From: the human T2T-CHM13v2.0 reference genome, Homo sapiens
Reading direction: 5' to 3' (one strand)
DNA length: 64,000 nt
Assembly: GCF_009914755.1 (NCBI RefSeq)
Contig: NC_060926.1
A program made the translations under genes and the position numbers. The notes below the pieces were generated by a model, which did no database searches, was not told the DNA's origin, and was given only the letters and a program-made list of their open reading frames with translations. Positions 63,701 through 64,000 of the stretch are shown here, piece after piece. How positions within the stretch are numbered: the stretch's first letter is position 1; every line of letters starts with the position of its first letter.

Positions 63701-64000
63701 AACCTCAAGGGTCCCTCCTATCTTTGATAATCTGTCTCCATGCTTCCGATTAGGGGTCAGATTTTGGAATTTACCATTTCTATCTTGTTTATTTCTCCCA
63801 GCAATATTATTCCAGCAGGAATAGCTGGGACTAAAACTTATTCTTGGTTAAAGCACATCATCTCACCATCTTGACATCCCATTTGCTCTATACCATCAAC
63901 CATCTCTGACCCTGAACCCCAGTCTCCTTCTTTGTAATTTAGGAATAATAATACCTTATTCATGGTGTGAATCATATGAGAGAGAGGATTTAACATTGCT

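Overview
Human (primate) genomic DNA, not microbial; most ORFs in the track are spurious or L1/Alu/LTR fragments. Recalled landmarks (ANKRD36-type exons, the miR-4436a hairpin, the kappa-deleting-element RSS and its assay primer sites) place it just 3' of the immunoglobulin kappa locus at 2p11.2. Layout: (1) 1 to ~31.6 kb, AT-rich: 3' half of an ANKRD36-family pseudogene (ANKRD36BP2-like, + strand) with five 29+73-nt exon pairs (four at ~1.86-kb spacing), one dead donor, a large internal deletion and nonsense codons. (2) ~32-45 kb, GC-richer: an unprocessed, 5'-truncated MALL paralog (exons 2-4, - strand) holding MIR4436A, a solo THE1 LTR and a full-length THE1 provirus. (3) ~45-56 kb: repeat-rich, unassigned. 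(4) ~56.8-64 kb: IGK 3' regulatory end, with two co-oriented CTCF-like motifs, the germline Kde 23-RSS and a candidate distal enhancer (Ed). I see no wholly new biological system; the best leads are the stop-free MALL paralog, the CTCF/Kde/Ed architecture, the rearranged ANKRD36 copy and several repair scars. Names are from memory of these families, not from a database search.
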